A stretch of DNA of 64,000 bases, from IMG/VR virus record IMGVR_UViG_3300032401_000010; one strand, 5' to 3'. The notes under the pieces are model-generated. The model was not told the DNA's origin and searched no databases. It worked only from the letters and a program-made list of their open reading frames with translations. The stretch is from a virus. Position 1 is the first letter of the stretch. Every line of letters begins with the position of its first letter. The position numbers were made by a program, and so were the translations under genes. Of the stretch, positions 38,540 through 47,403 are shown in pieces.

Positions 38540-39285
38540 TAAAAGGTGGGAAGCTGTTGTGAAGCCCCTCCGCTTCCTAACGCTTGAGATGTTGCCGAAA
38601 TACTCTTGCTAATAAAACTCGCCAACTTAGCAAGGGTCTTCTGAGAAGCGTCCTTTAACTCAATATACTTATCAAACCCGGCTTCCGTTTTCATCTTGTT
38701 CAGATAATCAGAGACTGTTGGATCCGTAACATTTACCCCAACAAGAATTGAAGTAATAGACTCAAGCGATTCACTCTTTAGTGCTACCTGAATCTTTTCT
38801 TTAATCATATCAACACCAAACTTGGATTCGTTATCCACTCCATCTGTAATAAGAATAGTAATGGCATTAACATCCATATCATTCTTTACCAAATCCTTAG
38901 CATACTTAGTAGTTGCCTCGATTGAATTCAGCAAAGAATCATAGAGAAGCGTTGTTCCACCACACTTCAGAACGCCAGTATAATCATCCAGGTTGATATT
39001 CTGGAGAAGCTTGAAGCCATGAATCTCATCAAATACCCGATTGAACCGAATCAATCGAACAAGGAGATTATCAGCACGAGGAGAAAGCTGACAGGCTCGC
39101 ACAGCTTCCTTAAGCGCGTTCTCTAGGTCCGACTCAAAAGGAGCAACACTAGAACTTGCATCAACAAGAATGGTAGCAAGAGTATACTCTGCTGCGCCAA
39201 GCTGATCTATGCGAACACCAGAGAAGTTATAAGCTCCGGTAGTCTTACCAAGCTCATCCATTGTAGCATCATTTAGTTTCGGCAT
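38539..39285 (-). CDS. vWA-domain protein
   Basis: MIDAS-like DASSSV and ILITDGVDNES. Confidence 0.55.
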   Translation of the reverse strand: MPKLNDATMDELGKTTGAYNFSGVRIDQLGAAEYTLATILVDASSSVAPFESDLENALKEAVRACQLSPRADNLLVRLIRFNRVFDEIHGFKLLQNINLDDYTGVLKCGGTTLLYDSLLNSIEATTKYAKDLVKNDMDVNAITILITDGVDNESKFGVDMIKEKIQVALKSESLESITSILVGVNVTDPTVSDYLNKMKTEAGFDKYIELKDASQKTLAKLASFISKSISATSQALGSGGASQQLPTF

Positions 39286-39302
39286 TTGCTTTTCTTTCTT
39301 CT

Positions 39303-40046
39303 TCAGCTAGCTTTGTTGAACAGGAATGCTTCATCAAGATAATTAGGGGTAACATACTTAACCACCCTTATTGGTTTCTTATCAAAACGGAAGGTGCCGT
39401 TGTTAGCAACAATATTCTCCATAATCAGACGCATCTTTTCGCTTGGGGTTTCAAAAGATGCAAAACATGATGCCTCATATCCTTCGTCGTGACCCATACT
39501 TACTGAAAGATGTTGATCATCCATTATTATTGAAGAGCCTCCACTCGTATAACATGATCCTGCGCCACCCTCAAAAGCAAGTTCAATTAAAAATAACTGC
39601 TTCTTATCAAAAAACTTTTTCATGTAAGAAAAAACATCGTTGCCATGAATTGTATTTTTTTCTTGATCATGATTGAAATTTAGTTTGCCAACCTTCAGTT
39701 TATTAGCGCGTTCTACTGCGCACATAAACATTCCTCCGAGCGCACAACCATAACATTCTTTGCGCTTACCAAGGATGTCTTGAAGTTCAGCGTTCTTCTT
39801 TATCTCACTATCAGAAATAAAGCTAACATCATCATCTTTATTTGCGCCAAGCCATAGCCTATGAGCCGCAATTAACTTGCCGGAATTCAATTGAAAGAGA
39901 ACATCCCTTGCAATCTGCACTCTCTTTTCGGCGGGCTTCATCTTTTCAAAAGCTTTATTGCTCTTGTTTACCACTTTGTTATGAGCGGTAACGGCTTTCT
40001 TAAGAGAAACCTTCTTTGTCTTTGACACTTTTGCTACTGTTGCCAT
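39303..40046 (-). CDS. hypothetical protein, member of a two-copy paralog family (with 60684..61298)
   Basis: Lys-rich N-terminus plus shared motifs AEKRVQIARDV and CALGGMFMCAVERANKLKVGKLNF, matching AEKRIMIAKDV and CALGALFVCGVRRFNKITFGDLEG in the other copy. Confidence 0.5.
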   Translation of the reverse strand: MATVAKVSKTKKVSLKKAVTAHNKVVNKSNKAFEKMKPAEKRVQIARDVLFQLNSGKLIAAHRLWLGANKDDDVSFISDSEIKKNAELQDILGKRKECYGCALGGMFMCAVERANKLKVGKLNFNHDQEKNTIHGNDVFSYMKKFFDKKQLFLIELAFEGGAGSCYTSGGSSIIMDDQHLSVSMGHDEGYEASCFASFETPSEKMRLIMENIVANNGTFRFDKKPIRVVKYVTPNYLDEAFLFNKAS

Positions 40047-40194
40047 TTTTAATCCTCTGGTCCACCCGGTAAAATACAGTGCGGCCTGTATGTTTTAGGA
40101 GCTTGATGATGTTCTTCGGTAAGCCAGCCGATAGTAAACACTACTGCTAGTGTTATGACCATAGCATACGCTGCTTATTGAATGTTTTTCATGT

Positions 40195-40989
40195 TTAGCG
40201 AAAGAACTTCTCTGTTGTGGAGAACTCTACGTTCTTCGCCTTCATTTCCTTGAAGAAATCTGCCTGAAAATTCTCAAATCCAGGCACCGGGCTCATCGTA
40301 TCTTCTAGAATAACAAGCTTCTGAAGATATTTTTCATCACCAAAGGCTTCTGCAATGTCACGGGCAGTAAACGCCACACAATGAGAGCTTGCTTCGCCGG
40401 AAATGAGAACCTTGTCGGCCTTCAACAATGTATCAATCAAGCGAGTATTGATTTGCGTACTGGGATCATCCGGTCGTGGAACGTCTGCCTTGATCGCAGA
40501 GTAATGTTCGGTAAAGATGTTACTTCCCTTAGTAACAAAATTCACTACAGCGAACTCTTCCTCCCACTCCTTAAATGATTTGAACAGATCAGTAACAACT
40601 CCGTGACCATCCGATCCGATCAAACAATGAGGCGGCCACACACAAAGAACGTATCGATTATTCTTTGCGAGAGTACCGGTATACTCCATGGCATGCTTCT
40701 GCCACTTAGGGTTTGTTGCCATCCACTTACCAGATTCAACATCTTTATAAGAGATGACAGTGAAAGGACTCGGATGATCACCACTGCTGTTCTTCCAGAA
40801 TAAAGGATTGGCAATATGAAGAAGATGATGAGAATCTAATGTTACATGAATATCATCCAGCTTGCTTCGATTCTTCTTTACGAAGGCGGCAAGCCGAGCC
40901 ATATCATCCTTGGCTCCGGGAACATGCAACGGGGCACCATCAAGAACGAAATCGTTTTGCGGGTCAATTACAAGCAGATCTATTTTCAT
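40195..40989 (-). CDS. isochorismatase-family hydrolase (nicotinamidase PncA-like)
   Basis: N-terminal VIDPQNDF signature and a Cys in the catalytic region (SSHCVAF). Confidence 0.6.
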   Translation of the reverse strand: MKIDLLVIDPQNDFVLDGAPLHVPGAKDDMARLAAFVKKNRSKLDDIHVTLDSHHLLHIANPLFWKNSSGDHPSPFTVISYKDVESGKWMATNPKWQKHAMEYTGTLAKNNRYVLCVWPPHCLIGSDGHGVVTDLFKSFKEWEEEFAVVNFVTKGSNIFTEHYSAIKADVPRPDDPSTQINTRLIDTLLKADKVLISGEASSHCVAFTARDIAEAFGDEKYLQKLVILEDTMSPVPGFENFQADFFKEMKAKNVEFSTTEKFFR

Positions 40990-41034
40990 TGGACTCTCCT
41001 GTGTTTCTGAAACTTAAGGCGTAATTTGGAAAAA

Positions 41035-42297
41035 TCAAGGGCTTTTTATCACTTTTGGTACGATTGGGATCGAAGAAAGAATTCTAAATACTTCTTTATA
41101 AATCTTTTGTTTTGTAGCATATTTAATTTCTTTTATAACAAACAAATTTATGCCAAGCTCTTTACATTTAAGATATTTAAATTCATCTCTTTCTTGTTGA
41201 GATTTTACAGAATCTGTAGTACTTTTAAATATTGGAACAACATTATAATGTTGTGCTCCGTTATATTCAAACGCCATATTTAATTCAGCACAATATCCAT
41301 CAAGCTCAAGATTGTAATTTGTTTTTGGGCTCTTTAGCCAGCTTGGTCTAATTTTATGAAATTTGTTACCAAGTATATTCTCAAACGCAGATCTGCAATA
41401 TCCTTCTGCTGTATGTTCTATACATATTGGACACCACCCTCCTCTTTTTACAGCATCTGGAACAGCGCTCCATGTGTGTTCTTTTTTACATTGCCATAAT
41501 AATTTAGTTTTCGCATTTATATATTCTTTAGATAAACATAAACCATCTCGTTTGGCTGCTATTAAATTCATTTCTTCTATAGATAGTTTGTTTTTTCCAA
41601 AGCAATTTGGGCACCAATGTCCTTTTTTAACATTAGTAATTAAAGCAAACCATTCATAATTACAAAGACCGCATTGCCATTTTAGTTTTTTACTAGCTTT
41701 TTGATATTTTGAAAGACATTTTCCGCCACGTTTTTCTGCAAGTTTAATAGCTATTTCATTACAAGTTTTGCCAGAACATATTGGGCACCAACTACCATTT
41801 ATAATTGTATCTGGTAACGCTGTCCATTTATGCGACAAACCACACTGCCATTTATACAATGATCTTGTAGAACAAAATTCATTCGAAATAAGTTTTCCAC
41901 CTTTTTCTTCAGCTAAATTTTGTAATGATATTAATTTTTCTAATTTGATACATTCGTGACACCATCTATTTCTATTAACTTCAGCAATACTTTTAATAAA
42001 AATATGATTTCTTTTACAAGACCATACTATTTTTTTTAAATTATCAAAATTAATAATATTACCACCAAAACTTAATGCTAATTTATTTATTTTGTTATAA
42101 ATTATTTTTCTTCGTATATCTGTTTTGCATTTGCTGCACCAATGTTTCTGTCTAATATAATTGGCGTTTGCCAACCATCTGTGACCATTAGCGCATTCCC
42201 ATTCTAAAAGAGAAGAGTCGTTTTTATATTCTGTTGAAAGGCACTTCCCGTCATATTTTTCTACTTGGTTTTGTAATAATTCAATAGTTATTTTCAT
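41035..42297 (-). CDS. zinc-ribbon repeat protein (five W-x-C...W-C-x2-C repeats) with C-terminal nuclease-like domain
   Basis: Repeats such as YKWQCGLSHKWTALPDTIINGSWCPICSG. C-terminal segment LELDGYCAELNMAFEYNGAQHY. Confidence 0.5.
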   Translation of the reverse strand: MKITIELLQNQVEKYDGKCLSTEYKNDSSLLEWECANGHRWLANANYIRQKHWCSKCKTDIRRKIIYNKINKLALSFGGNIINFDNLKKIVWSCKRNHIFIKSIAEVNRNRWCHECIKLEKLISLQNLAEEKGGKLISNEFCSTRSLYKWQCGLSHKWTALPDTIINGSWCPICSGKTCNEIAIKLAEKRGGKCLSKYQKASKKLKWQCGLCNYEWFALITNVKKGHWCPNCFGKNKLSIEEMNLIAAKRDGLCLSKEYINAKTKLLWQCKKEHTWSAVPDAVKRGGWCPICIEHTAEGYCRSAFENILGNKFHKIRPSWLKSPKTNYNLELDGYCAELNMAFEYNGAQHYNVVPIFKSTTDSVKSQQERDEFKYLKCKELGINLFVIKEIKYATKQKIYKEVFRILSSIPIVPKVIKSP

Positions 42298-42310
42298 ATA
42301 TAATATGAAT

Positions 42311-43144
42311 TTACATATTAATTATCTCGACTTTATTTTGTTTCTTGTTCCATTCAGCCAAAGTTTGAGGCGATGGAGATTTATTTACTTCATCAATAAA
42401 ATGAATTGGTACCCCATTAATATCAGATGTTTCTAACAATGGCGGAGAAACATCCGATCTTGCTCCAACAAATTCTATTAGAAACCGATGCAACAATTGT
42501 TCATCACCCGAATATTTTTTGCCATTAAATATAATTATACCTTCAGAATCTATTTTAGCCCTCATCACATTAGTAATAAAACGTTCAATCACAGTAGTTG
42601 CCATCATAACAGAGTATCTATTATCATTTATCCAAAGCCATTTGAAAGTATTAAGCGTAGTCAAAGGTCTGCTTTGTAGATACGGCTTCTCCTCAACATC
42701 TGGTAATGCTTTTTTATCAGGCTTAGACTGTGCTTTTGGCACTGATTTTTTTGGGTTATTTTCCCCTTTCATTTTTAGAAGCTCAGCCTCAGCTTCCGTA
42801 ATACCAGAAGTAGAAACTACAACCTCTTCTGTCGGGGCCGCTTCTGCTTTATCAGCAAGCTCAGAATGACTTAACGATAACTTTGCACTGACAGGATCAA
42901 CAAGACGGACTCCACCATGTTTGCCACGAACAATTTCGAATCCGGTAATCTTTCCATATTTAATAGACCAACTAAGAGCTTCACAGAATTCCGTCTGTTC
43001 CATCTTAGATATCTTATTAGAAATAGCAATAAACACATCGCTACGCTTTATGCGTTTTTCAAAATTAGTAATTGCGCTTAATAGATACTTCTGGGTCGTT
43101 TGCAAATCGTCCGAAGTGAATCTGTTTTCTGGAGCTATTTTCAT
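42311..43144 (-). CDS. hypothetical protein, paralogous motif with 23613..24149
   Basis: GFEIVRGKHGGVRLVD motif. Confidence 0.45.
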   Translation of the reverse strand: MKIAPENRFTSDDLQTTQKYLLSAITNFEKRIKRSDVFIAISNKISKMEQTEFCEALSWSIKYGKITGFEIVRGKHGGVRLVDPVSAKLSLSHSELADKAEAAPTEEVVVSTSGITEAEAELLKMKGENNPKKSVPKAQSKPDKKALPDVEEKPYLQSRPLTTLNTFKWLWINDNRYSVMMATTVIERFITNVMRAKIDSEGIIIFNGKKYSGDEQLLHRFLIEFVGARSDVSPPLLETSDINGVPIHFIDEVNKSPSPQTLAEWNKKQNKVEIINM

Positions 43145-43176
43145 AATTAACCTTGTGAGATTTTAATGGACGAATC

Positions 43177-43659
43177 TTATTCTACGTCACACCCCTCAGA
43201 ACAATACCAAGCTTTAGTATCTGAGGCATATAATAATGTGTTGCCACAAGAGGAACAATATCCTTCATTGGGACGAACAATTTTACTCCACCTTTCACAA
43301 AGAGTTCCTTCTTCATTACAGCCGGAATTATCTCCATGAACAGGACATATATACCAGAACCAATCAGATTGTAACTTTGTATCACGAACAACGCTCTTTG
43401 GCTTTTGTTGTACAACGTGTATTAACAAAGCTTCATTAATTACTTTATTAGCAAAAGCTTCATCAAGCAAAGCTCTACAACTTTCTATATCTACTCCGAC
43501 TCCTTCCGTTCCGGAAATCGAAAGACATTTTTCTGAAAGTTTTTTAAAACCATCATCTCCAAGACGCAAACCAGCTATGGCTACAAATGCTTCACGAGTG
43601 ACAGCATACATTTGCCATCTATCCCTCATGCCTTGTAAGTATTTCAAGACCTTCACCAT
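43177..43659 (-). CDS. hypothetical Cys-rich protein
   Basis: C-terminal CxxC...CxxC clusters. A TTGACT-N16-TAGATT element ends 3 nt before the ATG. Confidence 0.45.
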   Translation of the reverse strand: MVKVLKYLQGMRDRWQMYAVTREAFVAIAGLRLGDDGFKKLSEKCLSISGTEGVGVDIESCRALLDEAFANKVINEALLIHVVQQKPKSVVRDTKLQSDWFWYICPVHGDNSGCNEEGTLCERWSKIVRPNEGYCSSCGNTLLYASDTKAWYCSEGCDVE

Positions 43660-43686
43660 TATAATCTAAACACTCGGATCGAAAAG

Positions 43687-44349
43687 TCAAGTCCCTAAAG
43701 CCAGTTTATTGCGCACTATCTCTTTAGATCTCCAATGATCATCCGTTTGCACATGATTTTTTCTTACCAACTTACTAACACTTGAGGCGAACGCAGAATC
43801 TTCAAATCCATAAACTAAACGAACTACAACGCCCTCTCTTTCCGGACCATAAAAAGAAGGCTGTTTCATAAATGATTCGGTAATTCTTTGTAGTTCTTTT
43901 TCCGTTTTAACTGTAATGTTAGCCAATTCTGGAACAGTATATAAGCCAAGTTTATTCGCCGTTTCTTTTACACCGTTCCAGCCTAACCAATAATGAATAT
44001 TTGGTTCAGTATTTATTATTCTTACTCCGAACATAAGAAAATAAGCAGGAAGTTTATCGTAAAAAATCGAATGTTTAGCTGCTACCCATTCTCCGAAAAT
44101 TTGCATATTTATTGGTATATTATGTTTTATAGAAGTATGCAAAGTTTTAAATTCATTAAAGGAAGGATGATTTGGTGGTCCCGAATGAGTACGAGCATAA
44201 CAACTATCATGCTGTAAACATACGTTACTTCCGTCTATTTTTTCTAATAGAACAAGTTCATGTCCCAAAAATGAATCTACAGATGATAAAATTTTGTCAT
44301 CTGATGTTCCGCTACTCCAAGGTAAATGAAAAGTTCTGGGATATTTCAT
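43687..44349 (-). CDS. RNA ligase-family nucleotidyltransferase (small Rnl2-like, KxDG)
   Basis: N-terminal MKYPRTFHLPWS and motif I LLEKIDGSNVCL. Confidence 0.55.
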   Translation of the reverse strand: MKYPRTFHLPWSSGTSDDKILSSVDSFLGHELVLLEKIDGSNVCLQHDSCYARTHSGPPNHPSFNEFKTLHTSIKHNIPINMQIFGEWVAAKHSIFYDKLPAYFLMFGVRIINTEPNIHYWLGWNGVKETANKLGLYTVPELANITVKTEKELQRITESFMKQPSFYGPEREGVVVRLVYGFEDSAFASSVSKLVRKNHVQTDDHWRSKEIVRNKLALGT

Positions 44350-44356
44350 AAATTTA

Positions 44357-44614
44357 CTACGTTGGCATGAGCACTAAAGCAGGTTGTCCGTCATCACCAT
44401 CATAAAGATCTTCTTCAGAGTATCCCTCTTCTAGATCCTGTATGCTTAATTCACGTATGTAAACGTTCCCAGACCAAGCAGAATTTGGCACGTAAGTAGC
44501 TTGCCAGCAATTACTGAGCGGGCTGTAACGGTTGCCCTCGGCGTCCTTGGATAGAACTACCTCATCGTTATCATCTGCGTCTGCCAATAGTGCTTTTAGT
44601 TCTTTTACTTTCAT
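44357..44614 (-). CDS. hypothetical small acidic protein
   Basis: 85-aa ORF. Confidence 0.35.
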   Translation of the reverse strand: MKVKELKALLADADDNDEVVLSKDAEGNRYSPLSNCWQATYVPNSAWSGNVYIRELSIQDLEEGYSEEDLYDGDDGQPALVLMPT

Positions 44615-44688
44615 AGCTGAATAATTTTTACAGGTTTTTCATCTAGTCTGGACATTGTGAACAAGCTCCGGCACTCATTGGAACACTG

Positions 44689-44973
44689 TCATGGAGACAG
44701 TGGCAACCAATCTTGGACAGCGGACTCTCGTAAGCACCTCTCGACAGTATACCGAGCCATATGAGCTGCTTGGTTTTCCATAGCACTCTGATCACGTCCG
44801 AAGTTCCCAGCCAGACCCACCTGACATCGCGCCATGCTGGCTGCTAGATCAGGGAGATTGACCCACTTGAACTTAGGCCCTCGGAACTTGGGGTTAAGGA
44901 ACATCAGAAAGTGACTATAGGCCGTGGCTTCCCCTAACCCACTGGCAATGCCGAAACGTCGATTGGAAAGCAC
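44689..44973 (-). CDS. hypothetical protein in a GC-rich patch (GTG start)
   Basis: 94-aa ORF. A TTGACT-N16-TAAATT element lies 6 nt before the start. Confidence 0.35.
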   Translation of the reverse strand: MLSNRRFGIASGLGEATAYSHFLMFLNPKFRGPKFKWVNLPDLAASMARCQVGLAGNFGRDQSAMENQAAHMARYTVERCLRESAVQDWLPLSP

Positions 44974-45003
44974 GGTTTTAATTTAACTCACCTAAAGCAA
45001 AAG

Positions 45004-45774
45004 TCAATAGCCAAAAGCTTTTAATTCTTCATCAGATATAGGAATTGGTATGCGATCAGATCTTCCTACAGTTCCTTCTTTAATTGGAATAGCTTTAAGT
45101 TTGATTCCCAAAAATTCTGATAATTTATTTAATGTATCTTCTTGATGAAGAACAAAATCTTCGAATTTAATATGAATAAAATTCTTTGGCTTGGGAGTTG
45201 CTGCTACTATTTTCATTTGATACAGCCAGCTTTCTACCCTTCGTTTTAATATATTTGGTTCGTAACTTAATTTTGTACGCACATTAAACGAAAAAATATT
45301 ATCAGTAAGATGAGCTTTTAATAAAGCGTCCCGTGGATCCCTAGTCCAATGTATATAATAAGCATCAGGAAACATTTGCGTAATCCAAGGATAACATAAA
45401 TTAGTTTCCGGTAATTTCCATCCACGATCCCCATTATGAGTTAATATATTAAGAAGATATTTATTTACTAAAATTTTAAATAAGATTGTTGGCTCTTCTT
45501 TAATTAACTTAGAGAAGTTCCAATCATTAATACATATAGATTTTACATAGGCGCCAGCAATTCTAGCAGCGTGATACATATGCCTTGCAGGAACTAAATC
45601 CCCTGAATCATTTGTGGTGCCCATATAAACACCACTCTCAGATAGAGTTTGACTTATGGCTCTAGTGCCGCCATGCCCTCTTCCAATTACTATTATTAGT
45701 TTCAAGTCTTTATTAAAATAGTTATATAGAAGATTTGTTATTTTCAGAAGGCTTGTTGCTTTCGAAAAATTCAT
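45004..45774 (-). CDS. hypothetical protein (weak P-loop/sulfotransferase-like GRGHGGT motif)
   Basis: 256-aa ORF. Confidence 0.4.
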   Translation of the reverse strand: MNFSKATSLLKITNLLYNYFNKDLKLIIVIGRGHGGTRAISQTLSESGVYMGTTNDSGDLVPARHMYHAARIAGAYVKSICINDWNFSKLIKEEPTILFKILVNKYLLNILTHNGDRGWKLPETNLCYPWITQMFPDAYYIHWTRDPRDALLKAHLTDNIFSFNVRTKLSYEPNILKRRVESWLYQMKIVAATPKPKNFIHIKFEDFVLHQEDTLNKLSEFLGIKLKAIPIKEGTVGRSDRIPIPISDEELKAFGY

Positions 45775-46003
45775 ATAGACGCTCTACTTCGTTTAACGCA
45801 GCATTCAATACTGTAAAATGGCCCTTCGAATATAAAGCATATAACGCACTAAAAATTCCTACAGGCCCACTGTCAATATATTGTCTTGGATCTTTAGCTC
45901 TAATATTTTCCATACGTTTACGAAAACCTTCAATCATTTCTTTTGTTATAGGAGAGAATTGAGATTTTGGATCTGGTTTATAAACAGTCGTTATTTTTTC
46001 CAA
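45722..46003 (-). CDS. hypothetical small protein
   Basis: 93-aa ORF. Confidence 0.35.
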   Translation of the reverse strand: MEKITTVYKPDPKSQFSPITKEMIEGFRKRMENIRAKDPRQYIDSGPVGIFSALYALYSKGHFTVLNAALNEVERLYEFFESNKPSENNKSSI

Positions 46004-46572
46004 GGGATTGCATCTCTCATGTTGTAATCATAAATGAATACATCTTTGGTAATACATTTCTGTATAAGCTTTTCAATTTCTTCCCAGCTTCCTCCAGCAA
46101 GCCCGCATCCGAATCTTGGAGCGACCATTGTAGCATTAAGCTTAATCAAATAAACATTTAGTTTATTGAGACAGCTTTCTACAGCCTCATATCTAATTGG
46201 AGGTTGATATTGATACTGATCTGATTCGCCATGTTGGAGACGATTGCTACTTCCGTAACCAACTTGTCCAATCATGTTGGCTACCCAAACGCCAGAAATT
46301 CTTTTAATAGGGTCACTTATAAATTCCTGCTCTGTAAATCCAGCCTCAACAACATTTATTAGCTGAATGTTTCCAAGAGCGAATGGATCAATTTGAGCTT
46401 TGTATTGTCCTTTATACCAAGAGCGATATGCTTTTTCTGGCTCGGACCATTTTTTTGATACTGCTATAACAAACCCAGCGCCCCAACCACCGGCATCATT
46501 ACAGACATGAGCAATGATTTTATTTCCTTCCCCAACAGGTTCTGTGGCATCACCTTCTAAGTAGTGGATCAT
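45991..46572 (-). CDS. macro-domain-like protein (ADP-ribose binding/processing)
   Basis: IIAHVCNDAGGWGAGFVIAV resembles the macro NAAN...GGGV motif. The start was placed at the internal Met (MIHYLEG), because the track's N-terminal extension is encoded by the adjacent GC-rich island. Confidence 0.4.
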   Translation of the reverse strand: MIHYLEGDATEPVGEGNKIIAHVCNDAGGWGAGFVIAVSKKWSEPEKAYRSWYKGQYKAQIDPFALGNIQLINVVEAGFTEQEFISDPIKRISGVWVANMIGQVGYGSSNRLQHGESDQYQYQPPIRYEAVESCLNKLNVYLIKLNATMVAPRFGCGLAGGSWEEIEKLIQKCITKDVFIYDYNMRDAIPWKK

Positions 46573-46779
46573 TTGTTTCCTTAAGTTGTACCGCAGATCC
46601 GCAGAGCGCGCGAAGCCCTTGCTCGACGCACTCGGCAGTGAAATTGTACCAACCGACGTACCGCTCCGGGTGGTCACCGCTCTCGATGTCGGCAAGCTCC
46701 CGGTCCCGCAGCGCGGCGCGTGTCGGCTCTGTCAGCCACTCGCGGGCAGGCTCCGCCTGATCTGCCGTTACGTGTTGCT

Positions 46780-47112
46780 TCACGGTTGCACCGCAGGTTT
46801 CTCGGGCGTGCTCACCTTCAACGCTCGAATGCGCTCGGCGCACTGTCGAGCCATAACGGCCTCACGCCAATAGGGTGTAGGTGGCACGGCGCAGGCGAGC
46901 GCCGCCTCCTCCAGAACGGCGTTTCTGAACACGCGATCCTTCTCGGTCTGCTCGTCCGGCGCCTTGAGAAGTTCAGTGGCTATCTCGCGAGACTCTTTGA
47001 GGCTCTGCCGCTCTAACTGGGTAAGAGGTTCAGTTCCGTAGCAGTTTTCCGTAGGTCTAAAACTTTCCATTCGCAAACTCCGATACGGCCCGACCGCGTG
47101 CCAGTGTTTCAT
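46780..47112 (-). CDS. hypothetical protein encoded by a roughly 60% GC island
   Basis: 110-aa ORF. A phage-type TTGACA-N16-TATATT promoter and GGAAGA site lie upstream; the body is GC-rich, unlike the surrounding genome. Confidence 0.4.
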   Translation of the reverse strand: MKHWHAVGPYRSLRMESFRPTENCYGTEPLTQLERQSLKESREIATELLKAPDEQTEKDRVFRNAVLEEAALACAVPPTPYWREAVMARQCAERIRALKVSTPEKPAVQP

Positions 47113-47130
47113 TCTTCCAACTTAAATTTA

Positions 47131-47158
47131 ATATAAGACCCGATTTTGAATTGTCAAG
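47131..47158 (-). promoter_or_regulatory. sigma70-like promoter (TTGACA-N16-TATATT) for the GC-island gene
   Basis: Minus-strand read: CTTGACA-ATTCAAAATCGGGTCT-TATATT, then GGAAGA and the ATG. Confidence 0.5.
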
Positions 47159-47191
47159 GCGAGTATATAAAATACCTAATAAGGCAGAACT

Positions 47192-47392
47192 TTATAACTC
47201 GTCTTCTGTTGGATTTCGAAAGTCATCAGTATGATAACCCCAAAACACTTTTCCATCACGATTAACAACTGTGCAGTGTCCTCGCATGTTTTTAATTTCG
47301 CCTAAAAACAAAACATTCTCTCCATTTTTGAACGGATATTTGTCTTCGTATCCAGAAGGAAGATCAACAATCATTACTTTCATTACTTTCAT
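47192..47392 (-). CDS. hypothetical small protein
   Basis: 66-aa ORF. Confidence 0.35.
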   Translation of the reverse strand: MKVMKVMIVDLPSGYEDKYPFKNGENVLFLGEIKNMRGHCTVVNRDGKVFWGYHTDDFRNPTEDEL

Positions 47393-47403
47393 TTGTTTGT
47401 TCC

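Noticed and set aside
46573-46695. N-terminal 41-aa extension of the macro-like ORF into the GC-rich island
   Set aside because: The composition switches abruptly at the internal Met (MIHYLEG), and the upstream part is better explained as part of the inserted island.
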